DNA of 64,000 nt from Thiohalomonadales bacterium (lineage in GTDB: Bacteria; Pseudomonadota; Gammaproteobacteria; RBG-16-57-12), in the NCBI GenBank assembly GCA_050295955.1, contig JBNKQQ010000046.1, positions 5,205 to 69,204 on the forward strand, given 5' to 3'. The notes under the pieces are model-generated. The model saw nothing but the letters and a program-made list of their open reading frames with translations, made no database searches and had not been told where the DNA came from. Made by a program: the position numbers and the translations under genes. Position 1 is the first letter of the stretch; every line of letters begins with the position of its first letter. Positions 1 to 10,597 of this stretch are shown here, piece by piece.

Positions 1-1460
1 CAATCCTCAGGAATGACCTCTTCGGCAACCAACTCCTGCATAACACGGTTTGGATCTGCCTCTGGCTTATCACATTTGTTCACAGCAACAATCAGTGGCA
101 CATCACCCGCTTTGGCATGCTGGATCGCCTCTTTTGTCTGAGGCATCACGCCATCATCCGCCGCAACCACCAGCACAACGATATCAGTGGCTTTGGCACC
201 GCGGGCACGCATTGCGGTAAACGCAGCGTGTCCAGGAGTATCCAGGAAGGAAATAGTGCCTTTGGGAGTATCTACATGATAGGCACCGATATGCTGAGTA
301 ATACCACCCGCCTCACCTGCTGCCACCTTGGTAGTACGAATATAATCAAGTAGTGATGTTTTACCGTGATCAACGTGGCCCATGATAGTAACAACAGGTG
401 GACGGGTAATTTGCTCACCGGCATGCTCTTCAGTCAGGCCGGTTACCTCATCTTCCAAGGCATCCTCTTTAATCAATTTGACCTTGTGCCCCATCTCTTC
501 TACGACGATTGAGGCCGTTTCCTGGTCCAGCACCTGATTAATCGTTACCATGGAGCCCATGGTCATCATAGTCTTGATCACGTCAGCAGCCTTAACCGCC
601 ATCCGCTGGGCAAGTTCTGCCACGGTAATAGTTTCAGAAATCGCGACTTCACGCACAATTGGCGCAGTCGGGGCAGTAAATCCATGTGAACCTGTTGCAC
701 TGGAACTCTCTTGAGCTCCTGAGCGACCACGCTTACCTTTCTTTCCACGACGACCAGTTTTATCTGTAGCAACATGTAGCTCTTTGCGACCGTATTTGGT
801 TTCACGATCACTCTGCTTCGCCTTATCTTTACGCTTACTTGGGCGAGCGTTACTCTCATCCTTTTTCTTAGCCGCCGCCGGCTCTGCATCCTTCTCTACT
901 TTCTGTTCTGGTGCAGCGGCTGCAGCTAACTCTTTTTTACGAGCCTGCTCTTCTACAGCTTGTTTACGAGCAGCCTCTTCCTCAGCCTGTTTACGAGCCT
1001 CCTCACGGGCACGCTCCTCTGCTTCTGCCTTGGCTCTGGCCTCCTCTTCAGCCTGTTTACGGGCTTCCTCATGGGCGCGCTCTTCTGCTTCACGTTTTTC
1101 ACGCTCAGCTCGCTCAGCTTCCAACCGGGCCTGTTCCTCTTCCATCACTGCGCCACGATTAACATAGGTACGTTTTTTACGCACTTCAACGCTAACAGTC
1201 TTCGACTTGCCGTGGGATGAAGTCGTACGCAACTCGCTCACTGAGCGTCTTTTTAGAGTGATTTTTTTTGGTGCACTGGCCGCCTTGCCTTCACCTTCCT
1301 CTCCACCACGAAGATATTTCAGCAACTCTACCTTCTCATCATCGCTGATCATCGCATCAGGTGCATCGGCTGTAAGGCCTGCCGCTGAAAGCTGAGAAAG
1401 TAATCGTTCGACCGGTACTCCGACCGCTTCGGCAAATTGTTTGACTGTTACGCTAGACAT
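1..1460 (-). CDS. infB: Translation initiation factor IF-2, N-terminal ~486 codons; the 3' part lies beyond the left window edge
   Basis: Absent from the ORF track because there is no stop codon inside the window. My minus-strand translation from the ATG at 1458-1460 gives [17 protein letters not shown]..., a long E/A/R/K-rich region, then the G-domain motifs [20 protein letters not shown] and NKCD. It lies directly downstream of nusA, as in the conserved rimP-nusA-infB operon. Confidence 0.95.
   Translation of the reverse strand, partial: MSSVTVKQFAEAVGVPVERLLSQLSAAGLTADAPDAMISDDEKVELLKYLRGGEEGEGKAASAPKKITLKRRSVSELRTTSSHGKSKTVSVEVRKKRTYVNRGAVMEEEQARLEAERAEREKREAEERAHEEARKQAEEEARAKAEAEERAREEARKQAEEEAARKQAVEEQARKKELAAAAAPEQKVEKDAEPAAAKKKDESNARPSKRKDKAKQSDRETKYGRKELHVATDKTGRRGKKGKRGRSGAQESSSATGSHGFTAPTAPIVREVAISETITVAELAQRMAVKAADVIKTMMTMGSMVTINQVLDQETASIVVEEMGHKVKLIKEDALEDEVTGLTEEHAGEQITRPPVVTIMGHVDHGKTSLLDYIRTTKVAAGEAGGITQHIGAYHVDTPKGTISFLDTPGHAAFTAMRARGAKATDIVVLVVAADDGVMPQTKEAIQHAKAGDVPLIVAVNKCDKPEADPNRVMQELVAEEVIPED
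982..1091. repeat. In-frame imperfect direct repeat (two 44-nt units, 66-nt period) inside the infB low-complexity region
   Basis: Units at 982-1025 and 1048-1091 differ at about 5 of 44 positions. On the coding strand they encode two copies of EAEERA(R/H)EEARKQAEE. Confidence 0.6.
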
Positions 1461-1481
1461 AACACCTACCCCTTGAGCTTT

Positions 1482-2975
1482 TTATTGTTGCTCTTCCGCA
1501 AACCATGGTGCGCGCGCTGCCATTATCAAGGCGCCGGCACGCTCTTCATCGACACCGTCGATGCCTTCAAAATCATCAATCGAGAGTTCAGCTAGATCAT
1601 CCAGAGTCACAACACCTCGCTCTGAAAGTTCGCTCAGCAGCTTCTCATCCACTCCATCGATATCACTAATCTCTTTTGGCAATTCAGTCTCGCCGCTGTG
1701 CTCTTCCTGAGAGATCGCTTGAGTCAACAGCACGTCACGAGCACGATTACGCAACTCTTCTACAATATCCTCATCGAACTCTTCAATCTCCAGCAACTCA
1801 GCATGTGGAACGTAAGCGACCTCTTCAATAGTACTAAAGCCTTCCTGCACCAGAATTGCAGCCACTTCTTCATCCACATCCAACTGTTCAACAAACAGTG
1901 CTTGAGCTAGCTTAGCCTCTTCTTCACTCTTCTCGGCAGCTTGAGATTCACCCATCACATTCAGCATCCAGCCAGTCAACTCTGTTGCCAGCTTAATGTT
2001 CTGGCCGTTACGACCAATCGCCTGAGAGAGCATCTCATCCACCACAGCAATGTCCATGCTGTGAGACTCTTCGTCTACCACGATAGAGCTTACCTCAGCT
2101 GGAGACATAGCGTTAATCACAAATTGTGCTGGGTTATCATCCCAAAGGATAATATCTACACGCTCACCAGCCAGCTCATTAGAAACTGATTGCACACGTG
2201 AGCCACGCATACCAACACAAGCCCCTACTGGATCGATGCGCTCATCATTAGCACGCACAGCAATTTTGGCACGAACACCAGGGTCACGTGCAGCACTCAT
2301 AATGTCGATAACGCCTTCACCCACCTCTGGTACTTCCAGCTTAAACAATTCAACCAGCAGATTAGGATGAGTGCGACTGATATGCAGCAAAGGCCCACGA
2401 CTCTCGGCACGCACATCATACAAATAGCCACGGATACGATCGCCCGGGCGCACAGCCTCTCGGGGAATCATATTGTCACGGCTGATAGCCGCTTCTACAT
2501 TGTTACCCATATCTAGAATGACACCGCCTTTGTCGAGGCGTTTAACCACTCCGGTCACCAATTCACCGACACGGTGCTCATACTGCTCCACTATTTGTGA
2601 GCGCTCTGCCTCGCGTACTTTCTGCACAATAACCTGCTTGGCAGTTTGTGCTGCAATACGACCAAACTCGACAGACTCGATGGATTCACGCAGCACATCA
2701 CCGACTTTGGCACCTTCATCATAGTCTACAGCATCAGCCATCGTTAGCTCACGCTCTGGATCTTCCAGATCGGGATAATCCACCACATGCCATACACGGA
2801 ATGTTTCATAATTACCGCTCTTACGATCAATAACTACTTGAACTTCCATATCTTCGTTATAGCGTTTCTTGGTCGCCATCGCCAAAGCGGCTTCAATCGC
2901 TTCAAAAATAATCCCTTTTTCAACGCCTTTCTCATTAGATACGGCGTCAACAACCATCAAAATCTCTTTGCTCAT
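1482..2975 (-). CDS. nusA: Transcription termination/antitermination factor NusA
   Basis: 497-aa ORF with the typical NusA N-terminus MSKEILMVVDAVSNEKGV. The S1/KH region contains ACVGMRGSRVQ, and the C-terminal region is acidic. It lies between rimP and infB. Confidence 0.97.
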   Translation of the reverse strand: MSKEILMVVDAVSNEKGVEKGIIFEAIEAALAMATKKRYNEDMEVQVVIDRKSGNYETFRVWHVVDYPDLEDPERELTMADAVDYDEGAKVGDVLRESIESVEFGRIAAQTAKQVIVQKVREAERSQIVEQYEHRVGELVTGVVKRLDKGGVILDMGNNVEAAISRDNMIPREAVRPGDRIRGYLYDVRAESRGPLLHISRTHPNLLVELFKLEVPEVGEGVIDIMSAARDPGVRAKIAVRANDERIDPVGACVGMRGSRVQSVSNELAGERVDIILWDDNPAQFVINAMSPAEVSSIVVDEESHSMDIAVVDEMLSQAIGRNGQNIKLATELTGWMLNVMGESQAAEKSEEEAKLAQALFVEQLDVDEEVAAILVQEGFSTIEEVAYVPHAELLEIEEFDEDIVEELRNRARDVLLTQAISQEEHSGETELPKEISDIDGVDEKLLSELSERGVVTLDDLAELSIDDFEGIDGVDEERAGALIMAARAPWFAEEQQ

Positions 2976-3000
2976 ATCACTGCCTCCAACGGCCTCAATA

Positions 3001-3477
3001 TCAGAACTCGGGTATCAAATTCGCTTTATCAATTGATGCGAAGGGCAGCAACTGCTCTTCTCCATCCACAACAATGGCCACTTTGCCCTCTTTCAGACCA
3101 AGGAGTGTTCCCTGGAACTTACGACGTCCATCAATGGGCGTCGTCAGCGAAAGCTTGGCTTGGTGACCGGCGAAGCGCTCATAGTGAGCCTCTTCAAACA
3201 GTGGTCTGTCCAAACCAGGGGAGGAGATCTCCAAATGATAAGCACTCTTAATGGGATCTTCTACATCCAGCACACCACTGACCTGATGACTCACATCCGC
3301 ACAGTCATCGACTGTAATGCCATCCTCGCTATCAATATAGACACGCAGTACTGAGTGGCGGCCCTGTGAGATATACTCAATGCCCACCAACTCGTAGCCG
3401 AGCGCCTCGACAACGGGGGTGATCAATTCATAAAGTTTTTCAGACGCCTTACGCACACCTGCCACCTTCACAAACAA
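3001..3477 (-). CDS. rimP: Ribosome maturation factor RimP
   Basis: Blocks VEALGYELVGIEY, YIDSEDGITVDDCADVSHQVSGVLDVEDP and EISSPGLDRPLF match E. coli RimP closely. The ORF-track start is a TTG, so the exact start is uncertain. Confidence 0.93.
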   Translation of the reverse strand: MFVKVAGVRKASEKLYELITPVVEALGYELVGIEYISQGRHSVLRVYIDSEDGITVDDCADVSHQVSGVLDVEDPIKSAYHLEISSPGLDRPLFEEAHYERFAGHQAKLSLTTPIDGRRKFQGTLLGLKEGKVAIVVDGEEQLLPFASIDKANLIPEF

Positions 3478-3560
3478 AAAATGGGCCGAGGGCCCACTTC
3501 ATAAGAAAACCGATATCGCCGCTGAGCATCATGCAACAGAAGCCCATTTCTTTCGGCTAA

Positions 3561-3584
3561 TAAAAAACCCCATTATGGGGTTTC
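3561..3584 (-). terminator. Intrinsic terminator or attenuator between the tRNA and rimP
   Basis: The minus strand reads AAACCCC-ATAAT-GGGGTTT followed by TTTAT. This is a GC-rich stem with a U-run, sited where E. coli has the metY terminator. Confidence 0.6.
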
Positions 3585-3598
3585 TTATTGTAAGAATT

Positions 3599-3675
<77 letters not shown>

Positions 3676-3689
3676 TCAACGTTGGGCGT

Positions 3690-3717
3690 ATTCTAACAAA
3701 TGATTCCCAGAACGCAA
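3690..3717 (-). promoter_or_regulatory. Candidate sigma-70 promoter for the tRNA/rimP operon
   Basis: On the minus strand: TTGCGT, a 16-nt spacer, TAGAAT, then the GC-rich discriminator ACGCCC, about 15 nt upstream of the mature tRNA 5' end. Confidence 0.4.
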
Positions 3718-3748
3718 GGGCTATTCATGAATTGTTTTAATATTTCCT

Positions 3749-4132
3749 TCATTTAGCCTGCAGCATTGTGACATAAGCGATAGCATATTCCTGCTCATCC
3801 GAAAGCGAGAGAAATACTTCACCAATTGCCAGCTCTTCCGCCTTCTTAGCCGCCTGCTCTTGCAAAATCAGCGAAGGACGACCTAGCTCATCGCTCTCGA
3901 CCACTAGGTGATGCAGACTAATGCCATCACGGAATCCACACCCCATAGCCTTAACCCCTGCCTCTTTTGCTGCAAAGCGCTTAGCCAAGTAGTGGGCAGG
4001 AAGAGAATGCTGAGAGAATATTGCAAACTCACTTTCAGCAAGGATGCGCTGGGCAAATCGATCGCCATGACGCGCAAGCCCTTCCTTGATACGCGTTATT
4101 GAAACAATATCGGTACCGATACCGTGAATCAC
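3749..4132 (-). CDS. acpS: Holo-[acyl-carrier-protein] synthase
   Basis: 127 aa with the N-terminus [15 protein letters not shown] and the block AKRFAAKEA, both typical of AcpS. It overlaps the pdxJ stop by 4 nt. Confidence 0.93.
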   Translation of the reverse strand: MIHGIGTDIVSITRIKEGLARHGDRFAQRILAESEFAIFSQHSLPAHYLAKRFAAKEAGVKAMGCGFRDGISLHHLVVESDELGRPSLILQEQAAKKAEELAIGEVFLSLSDEQEYAIAYVTMLQAK

Positions 4133-4869
4133 CGACGAGCGCCCTTCATCAGACGACGCATTTCGATCACTGCTGGCTGCAATCCCGTAAACAGCGCACG
4201 AGCAATGATTGCATGACCGATGTTAAGCTCTTTAATTTGTGGTAATGCGGCAATGGGTTGTACATTCTGATAATTCAACCCGTGACCGGCATTCACATGC
4301 AGCCCAATGGAATCACCAAACTCAACCGCCTCTTTAATTCGGGCAAATTCAGCCTCTCGCTCAGCCTTACTCATTGCATCCGCATAATGGCCTGTATGTA
4401 TCTCAATCACTGGCGCCCCGACCTCCTTCGCAGCTTCGATCTGAGCACAATCTGCATCAATAAACAGAGACACCCGCACACCCGCCTCCGCCAATCGGGA
4501 ACAAGCCTCCTTCATACGGGATTTTTGCCCCAGCACTTCCAGCCCACCCTCGGTTGTCAACTCTTCACGACGCTCAGGCACCAAGCAGCACTCTTCAGGT
4601 TGAATACGTTCCGCAACCGCAAGCATCTCTTCCGTTACGGCCATCTCTAGATTCATCCGCGACAGCAAAATGCCCTTCAGCATCTCCACATCCCTATCCT
4701 GAATATGGCGACGATCCTCCCGCAGATGTAGCGTTACCGCATCAGCACCGGCCTGCTCTACTTCGATGGCAGCCTGGATAGGATCAGGGTAACGAGTGCC
4801 ACGAGCCTGGCGAATGGTAGCCACATGGTCAATATTGACCCCCAACAGGATATTGTTTTGCTGTGTCAC
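4129..4869 (-). CDS. pdxJ: Pyridoxine 5'-phosphate synthase
   Basis: 246 aa with [22 protein letters not shown] and the EIHTGHYA and NAGHGLNY blocks. Confidence 0.96.
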   Translation of the reverse strand: MTQQNNILLGVNIDHVATIRQARGTRYPDPIQAAIEVEQAGADAVTLHLREDRRHIQDRDVEMLKGILLSRMNLEMAVTEEMLAVAERIQPEECCLVPERREELTTEGGLEVLGQKSRMKEACSRLAEAGVRVSLFIDADCAQIEAAKEVGAPVIEIHTGHYADAMSKAEREAEFARIKEAVEFGDSIGLHVNAGHGLNYQNVQPIAALPQIKELNIGHAIIARALFTGLQPAVIEMRRLMKGARR

Positions 4870-4901
4870 GGTTATTCCTCAATCGATATTTTTTCAGTTC
4901 A

Positions 4902-5666
4902 CTATAACATTTGGCGCATTAGCTCTCGGCTATGTAGTGGCTTGCTACCCAGCATCACCCCCAACAGCGCCCTCATAAGGCGCTTAGCCTCTCTACGGCT
5001 CTGATCACTATTCAATTCCCCTCTGGCTAACTCCAACAGGGTCTCTCCATGCAGCATCACACCTTGCATTGACTCATTGCGCCACAAAACCGGACCCTGC
5101 TCCAGAACATAGCAGTAACGCCGCTGGGGCTCTATAACCTCACCATGCTCAATTTCACAGCCAAGATGAAGTCCATAGCCCAGCTCCCTCAATAGCCTCA
5201 GCTCAAATTGTCTCAGCAACCACTCTAATGTGGCTTTGTCATCACCTTGTGAGAGATGTTGCAACAATAATTCATAGGTTGCATAGAGTGCAGGGAAAGG
5301 CTCTTCATGAGGCAGCAGGCGAACCAACAATTCATTAATATAGAAGCCACTAACCATATGCATCCCACCCAAGCGCCACATAGCACCGTCAGGTTCAGCC
5401 TGCTGGAGGGTATAGAGCGGGCCACGTCCCCGCCAGGAGATCAGAAGCGGTCTATAAAGTTGCAACAATGGTTGTAATGGAGATTTCTTGCGACGCACGT
5501 TACGCGCCACCATCGCCACCCGCCCCTGTTCCGGTGTAAATAGCTCCAGAATCGAACTACTCTCACGGTAGGGGCGACTGTGTAACAGATAGGCGGGCTG
5601 TAAGGTATCCACCGACACCTTAACCTTATTGGTCGTCGTATCCCAAACTACGGAGGGCTCGCTCAT
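4902..5666 (-). CDS. recO: DNA repair protein RecO
   Basis: [14 protein letters not shown] aligns with RAFVLHSRPWSETS of E. coli RecO, and a C-terminal [11 protein letters not shown] is present. The true start may be the GTG at 5618, just after the era stop, rather than the ATG at 5666, which overlaps era by 41 nt. Confidence 0.9.
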   Translation of the reverse strand: MSEPSVVWDTTTNKVKVSVDTLQPAYLLHSRPYRESSSILELFTPEQGRVAMVARNVRRKKSPLQPLLQLYRPLLISWRGRGPLYTLQQAEPDGAMWRLGGMHMVSGFYINELLVRLLPHEEPFPALYATYELLLQHLSQGDDKATLEWLLRQFELRLLRELGYGLHLGCEIEHGEVIEPQRRYCYVLEQGPVLWRNESMQGVMLHGETLLELARGELNSDQSRREAKRLMRALLGVMLGSKPLHSRELMRQML

Positions 5667-6537
5667 CGTCAGACCAACCCTCTTTCACCTTCACCCACAA
5701 TTCAAGATGAACGCGGGTATCGAATAAGGAGTTCATATCTTTACGAGCATCTGCACCCACTTTTTTCAGCACTTCGCCACCCTTGCCGATGACAATTGCC
5801 TTTTGACCTGCGCGTTCCACCCAGATCAGGCCGCAAATATGAATACGACCATTTTTCTCTTCCTTGAATTTCTCAATTTCTACGGTCAAGGCATAGGGCA
5901 ACTCTTCACCCAAAGCGCGAATCAACTTCTCACGAATTAGCTCAGCAGCCAGGAAACGCATACTCCGGTCAGTCACCTGATCTTCAGGGAAAATCATAAT
6001 ATCTGACTCAGGTAAGCGCTGCTCAATCTCCTTCTGCAAAGCATCCAGATTCTGCTTATTACGGGCAGAGATAGGTGCTACAGCAGAAAACTCCCGCTTG
6101 CTTGAAAGCTCCCCTATCAATGGCAACAGCTCATCCTTCTTCTTGAATTTATCCACTTTATTAATGGCAAGAATGACTGGTACATCCACCTTTTCCAGGC
6201 GTTGCAGAACCATCTGATCATCCTCTGTCCAGCGTCCTGCCTCAACCACAAATACCACCAAATCCACATCATCGATGGATGTGCTGGCAGCGCGATTTAG
6301 GTAACGGTTCATGGCCCGTTTACCCTGTAGATGCATGCCCGGCGTATCCAGGTATACCACTTGCGCACTTTCAGTGGTCTTAACTCCCAAAATACGGTGA
6401 CGGGTTGTCTGGGGCTTATGGGCAGTAATGCTGATCTTTTGCCCCAGGATATAATTTAGCAGGGTGGATTTTCCAACATTGGGACGTCCAACGATAGCCA
6501 CATAACCACAACGAAAGCCTTCGGCTATCTCACTCAT
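5626..6537 (-). CDS. era: GTPase Era
   Basis: Contains [20 protein letters not shown] and a C-terminal KH domain. It sits in the rnc-era-recO order. Confidence 0.97.
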   Translation of the reverse strand: MSEIAEGFRCGYVAIVGRPNVGKSTLLNYILGQKISITAHKPQTTRHRILGVKTTESAQVVYLDTPGMHLQGKRAMNRYLNRAASTSIDDVDLVVFVVEAGRWTEDDQMVLQRLEKVDVPVILAINKVDKFKKKDELLPLIGELSSKREFSAVAPISARNKQNLDALQKEIEQRLPESDIMIFPEDQVTDRSMRFLAAELIREKLIRALGEELPYALTVEIEKFKEEKNGRIHICGLIWVERAGQKAIVIGKGGEVLKKVGADARKDMNSLFDTRVHLELWVKVKEGWSDDERALRSLGYDDQ

Positions 6538-7205
6538 ATTCCCAATATCTCCAAAATTTTTTGTGCCGCAGCCTGTTCAGCTTTACGACGGCTGGACCCT
6601 TCGCCTTGAGCGACTTGCTCTCCGGCATTAATTTGACATGAAACCACAAACTGCTGAGCATGTGCCTCACCCTCGAGAGAGATCAATTCATACACCGGCA
6701 ACTCTTTTTTGCGCGCCTGTAGAAACTCCTGCAGACGTGTTTTTGGATCTTTGATAGTGACGTTTGGCGAAACCGCCTGCAATCTCTCAGAGAAAAGCTG
6801 CAACAGCAACTCTCTCGCCACCTCAAAATTACTATCAAGGTAAACGGCACCAATTATTGCCTCAAACGCATCAGCTAAAATCGAAGCACGCCGAAAACCA
6901 CCGCTTTTCATCTCCCCCTGTCCCAGAGAGAGATACTCACCCAACTCCAGATTCCGAGCCAGCTCGGCCAAGGTTTCCCCCTTTACCAAACTAGCACGCA
7001 AACGACTCAATACCCCTTCGCTCTCTTTGGGAAATTGCTGAAATAGCTGCTCAGCGATCACAAAATTTAAGATGGAGTCTCCGAGAAATTCCAGACGCTC
7101 ATTATTCACACCACCCACACTTCGATGGGTCAATGCCTTCTGCAGTAAACCAACATCGGAAAACTGGTATTGCAGATTACGCTGCAGCTTACCTAAATCC
7201 GACAT
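6534..7205 (-). CDS. rnc: Ribonuclease III
   Basis: Has the [10 protein letters not shown] signature and a C-terminal dsRBD. It overlaps era by 4 nt. Confidence 0.97.
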   Translation of the reverse strand: MSDLGKLQRNLQYQFSDVGLLQKALTHRSVGGVNNERLEFLGDSILNFVIAEQLFQQFPKESEGVLSRLRASLVKGETLAELARNLELGEYLSLGQGEMKSGGFRRASILADAFEAIIGAVYLDSNFEVARELLLQLFSERLQAVSPNVTIKDPKTRLQEFLQARKKELPVYELISLEGEAHAQQFVVSCQINAGEQVAQGEGSSRRKAEQAAAQKILEILGI

Positions 7206-7579
7206 TACTCTTCGCCTGACTGCTCTTCAAACATAACAACAAGATCAATATTCTTGAACAACGAAGTCCGGACTTCATATTCAACACTGAGAAAGAGCCC
7301 CGATGATGTCAACTCGATCTCAATATCATCAGGACCAATAGCATCAATATCCTCGATAGTGAAACGACTCCGAATTCCATTACGAGCTTCGGATATCGAC
7401 ATCTCTTCATTCTGATATTGATCTACCACCCCATCCATTACCGACTTAACCTTCATATTCTCGATATAAAGAGGAGAGACTTTGATGACAACCAGTGCAA
7501 CTACACCTATCAGCACCACCAATGCCGCTAATGCTGTCATTGATATGCCTTGTTGTTGTTTTCTGCTTTGCATATTCAC
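7205..7579 (-). CDS. DUF4845-type small membrane protein
   Basis: 124 aa with one N-terminal TM helix (ALAALVVLIGVVALVVIKVSPLYIE). It occupies the lepB-rnc slot that a DUF4845 gene occupies in pseudomonads. Confidence 0.7.
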   Translation of the reverse strand: MNMQSRKQQQGISMTALAALVVLIGVVALVVIKVSPLYIENMKVKSVMDGVVDQYQNEEMSISEARNGIRSRFTIEDIDAIGPDDIEIELTSSGLFLSVEYEVRTSLFKNIDLVVMFEEQSGEE

Positions 7580-7582
7580 CCC

Positions 7583-8401
7583 TTATTCAATCATGGTCCC
7601 AATACGGCTCCAGCCGATGCCATCATCCCAACTCATCCATATCATCACAGCCTCCCCCACCAGATTCTCTTCAGGCACAAACCCCCAGACACGGCTGTCA
7701 TTGCTGTTATCACGGTTGTCACCCAAGACAAAGTAGTGGCCTTCTGGTACTGTCACCTCACCATAGTGAGAGGGCTTATTGGGGTCTATCAAAATCTGAT
7801 GTTTTACCTCGCCAAGCCCTTCTTCCAGCAAGCGATTACCCGTCATATTAAAACCTGCCCCAACCCCTTCATAGGTAGCGATAAAGTGCTGTTCAGCAGG
7901 CTCACCGTTGATATACAACTGTTTATCTGCATAGCCAATCACATCACCTGGCAGACCAACCACTCTCTTAATATAGTCAATGGATGGCTCTTTAGGGTAG
8001 CGAAACACCACCACATCCCCCCTTTCAGGTGCACCTAAATCCATGATTTTGTGATGAGTTACCGGCAAGCGTAGTCCATAGCTATATTTATTCACCATAA
8101 TGAAGTCACCCACCAACAGTGTCGGCATCATAGAGCCAGAGGGGATTCGGAACGGTTCCATCAAGAAAGAGCGCAGGATCAACACCACCAAGATAACTGG
8201 GAAGAAGGATCTGGCATACTCAACCATCGTTGGTTCACGCTTGATGCGCTCGTATTCATTGGCATCAAACTCCCCCTGCGCTGCCCGCAATGCCTCTGCA
8301 CGGCCCTCTCGTTGCGGCTTCCATAACTTAACATCCAGTAGCCAGATCACTCCGCAAACCAGCAGAGAGATCACCATAATCAACTCAAAATCAAAATCCA
8401 C
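7583..8401 (-). CDS. lepB: Signal peptidase I
   Basis: Contains the boxes PSGSMMPTL, RGDVVVF, YIKRVVGLPGD and GDNRDNSNDSR. Confidence 0.96.
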   Translation of the reverse strand: MDFDFELIMVISLLVCGVIWLLDVKLWKPQREGRAEALRAAQGEFDANEYERIKREPTMVEYARSFFPVILVVLILRSFLMEPFRIPSGSMMPTLLVGDFIMVNKYSYGLRLPVTHHKIMDLGAPERGDVVVFRYPKEPSIDYIKRVVGLPGDVIGYADKQLYINGEPAEQHFIATYEGVGAGFNMTGNRLLEEGLGEVKHQILIDPNKPSHYGEVTVPEGHYFVLGDNRDNSNDSRVWGFVPEENLVGEAVMIWMSWDDGIGWSRIGTMIE

Positions 8402-8402
8402 G

Positions 8403-10220
8403 CTATTTCTTTCCTACATCAAGTACGGCCAAGAAGGCCTCTTGGGGAATCTCTACTGACCCCACCTGTTTCATCCGCTTCTTACCCTCTTTTTGCTTCT
8501 CTAGCAGCTTGCGTTTACGGGAAACATCACCACCGTAACATTTAGCCGTGACATTTTTACGCAACGCTTTCACTGTTGAGCGAGCAATAATATGGGTACC
8601 AATCGCCGCCTGGATAGCCACCTCAAACATCTGACGAGGGATAAGCTCTTTCATTTTCTCAACCAGCTCACGCCCCCGATATTGCGCCTGATCTCGATGC
8701 ACAATGATCGCCAGAGCATCAACACGGTCGCCGTTAATCATTACGTCCAACTTCACCATGTTGGCCTGCTGAAAATGCTTGAAGCTGTATTCCATTGAAG
8801 CATAACCTCGGGAAAGTGACTTCAGTCGATCGAAAAAGTCCAACACCACCTCCGCCATCGGCAACTCGTAGGTCAAGGTGACCTGACTACCGGTGTAGTG
8901 CATATTTTTCTGTACGCCACGCTTCTCGACACAGAGAGTAATCACATTACCCAGATACTCCTGAGGCAGCATAATGTTCGCCTCAATGATCGGCTCACGA
9001 ATCTCATCAATATAGTTTGGCTCTGGAAGCTTGGAAGGATTGTCTATTTGCAGTGTGTTCCCTTTGGTATCCAAAACTTCATAGATAACGGTCGGCGCAG
9101 TTGTAATCAGATCAATATCATATTCCCGCTCCAGACGTTCCTGAATGATCTCCATATGCAACATCCCCAGGAAGCCACAACGAAAACCGAAACCCAGTGC
9201 AGTTGAGGTTTCTGGCTCGTAGAAAAGTGCCGAATCATTGATGCGTAATTTCCCTAACGCATCCCGCAGGTCTTCATAATCATCTGAACTGACAGGGAAT
9301 AGACCAGCGAAAACTCGAGGCTTTACCTCCTGAAAACCTGGTAGCGGCGCTTCGGCAGAATTGGCTGCTGAAGTAATCGTATCCCCGACTGGCGCACCAT
9401 CAATATCCTTAATGGTACCAATCAGATAGCCCACCTCTCCAGGACGAAGCTCGCTCTTCTCAGTACGCTTAGGGGTGAAGATCCCAACGGAGTCTGCGAT
9501 ATGCACATTACCATTGGACATCACCTTAAATTTCTGCCCTTTGCGTAATACCCCGTGCTTCACACGCACCAGCGAGACCACACCAAGGTAATTGTCGAAC
9601 CAGGAGTCGATAATCAATGCCTGCAACGGTGCATTTTCATCCCCTTCCGGAGAGGGAATTACCTCGACTAGGCGTTCTAAAACATCCTCAACTCCAACAC
9701 CGGTCTTGGCACTACAACGCACGGCATCCTGAGCCTCTATACCGATAATATCCTCAATTTCAGCAATCACCTTATCAGGATCTGCCGAAGGTAGATCTAT
9801 CTTATTGAGCACAGGCATCACCTCCAACCCCTGCTCAATTGCGGTATAGCAGTTTGCCACTGATTGTGCCTCAACCCCTTGGGCCGCATCCACCACCAGC
9901 AATGCTCCCTCACAGGCCGCAAGTGAACGGGATACCTCGTAGGAAAAGTCCACATGCCCCGGCGTATCGATAAAGTTAAGCTGGTAGATGTTGCCATCCT
10001 TTGCCTTATAATCCAAGGTCACGCTCTGGGCCTTAATGGTGATACCACGCTCACGCTCCAAATCCATGGAATCCAACACCTGAGCTTCCATTTCTCGCTC
10101 TGTCAGGCCACCACATACCTGGATAAAGCGATCTGCAAGAGTAGATTTCCCATGATCGATATGGGCAATAATTGAAAAATTACGAATGTGCTTAAGATCT
10201 GACACAAATATTCTCACCAC
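8403..10220 (-). CDS. lepA: Elongation factor 4 (LepA)
   Basis: [28 protein letters not shown] and NKID motifs, plus a LepA C-terminal domain. The real start is probably the GTG at 10205 ([10 protein letters not shown]), not the GTG at 10220. Confidence 0.96.
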   Translation of the reverse strand: MVRIFVSDLKHIRNFSIIAHIDHGKSTLADRFIQVCGGLTEREMEAQVLDSMDLERERGITIKAQSVTLDYKAKDGNIYQLNFIDTPGHVDFSYEVSRSLAACEGALLVVDAAQGVEAQSVANCYTAIEQGLEVMPVLNKIDLPSADPDKVIAEIEDIIGIEAQDAVRCSAKTGVGVEDVLERLVEVIPSPEGDENAPLQALIIDSWFDNYLGVVSLVRVKHGVLRKGQKFKVMSNGNVHIADSVGIFTPKRTEKSELRPGEVGYLIGTIKDIDGAPVGDTITSAANSAEAPLPGFQEVKPRVFAGLFPVSSDDYEDLRDALGKLRINDSALFYEPETSTALGFGFRCGFLGMLHMEIIQERLEREYDIDLITTAPTVIYEVLDTKGNTLQIDNPSKLPEPNYIDEIREPIIEANIMLPQEYLGNVITLCVEKRGVQKNMHYTGSQVTLTYELPMAEVVLDFFDRLKSLSRGYASMEYSFKHFQQANMVKLDVMINGDRVDALAIIVHRDQAQYRGRELVEKMKELIPRQMFEVAIQAAIGTHIIARSTVKALRKNVTAKCYGGDVSRKRKLLEKQKEGKKRMKQVGSVEIPQEAFLAVLDVGKK

Positions 10221-10260
10221 GTTGATCGCTTCAATAATCGAAACGAAATCTATGCTGCAA

Positions 10261-10286
10261 TAAAAAAGAGGCGTATAAGACGCCCC
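10261..10286 (-). terminator. Intrinsic terminator after the glutaredoxin-like gene
   Basis: The minus strand reads GGCGT-CTTAT-ACGCC followed by TCTTTTTTATT. Confidence 0.6.
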
Positions 10287-10345
10287 TTTTGGGAATTCGA
10301 TACGCGCCTGTTAAAACAAAGCCAAGCGCGGATTATAATGTGTTT

Positions 10346-10597
10346 TCAGTCTCGATTGAAATGCTCTCGTAGTGCAGTCTCATCAAGGCGGTAATGACAA
10401 ACCTCATCTTCCCCCTTCATTAACACTGGCACCCGCTCTCCAAAACGTGTCTCAAGGGCCTGATCGCCCTCGATATCCACCCACTGTACCACAAAGCCCA
10501 ACTCTTTCTGTAGCGGGGACAACGCCTCCAGCATTACCCCACACAGAGAACAATAGCTGTGTCCATATACAGTGAATCGCTCCGCACTCATACCCAT
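10346..10597 (-). CDS. Glutaredoxin-like (DUF836-type) small thiol-disulfide protein
   Basis: 83 aa with the CxxC motif YCSLCGVM and VPVL, indicating a thioredoxin fold. It overlaps the mucD stop by 1 nt. Confidence 0.75.
   Translation of the reverse strand: MGMSAERFTVYGHSYCSLCGVMLEALSPLQKELGFVVQWVDIEGDQALETRFGERVPVLMKGEDEVCHYRLDETALREHFNRD

Noticed and set aside
982-1091. A 66-nt-period direct repeat that at first glance looks like a tandem repeat or mini-array.
   Set aside because: There are only two imperfect copies. They are in frame and lie inside the IF-2 charged linker, encoding EAEERA(R/H)EEARKQAEE twice. This is ordinary low-complexity coding duplication, not a CRISPR array or a regulatory repeat.
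784-1220. Three overlapping plus-strand ORFs (784-1167, 911-1162, 960-1220) with odd low-complexity translations.
   Set aside because: They are antisense or shadow frames of the E/A/R/K-rich, repeat-containing N-terminal region of infB, which is coded on the minus strand. The low-complexity codon repeats keep the other frames open by chance.
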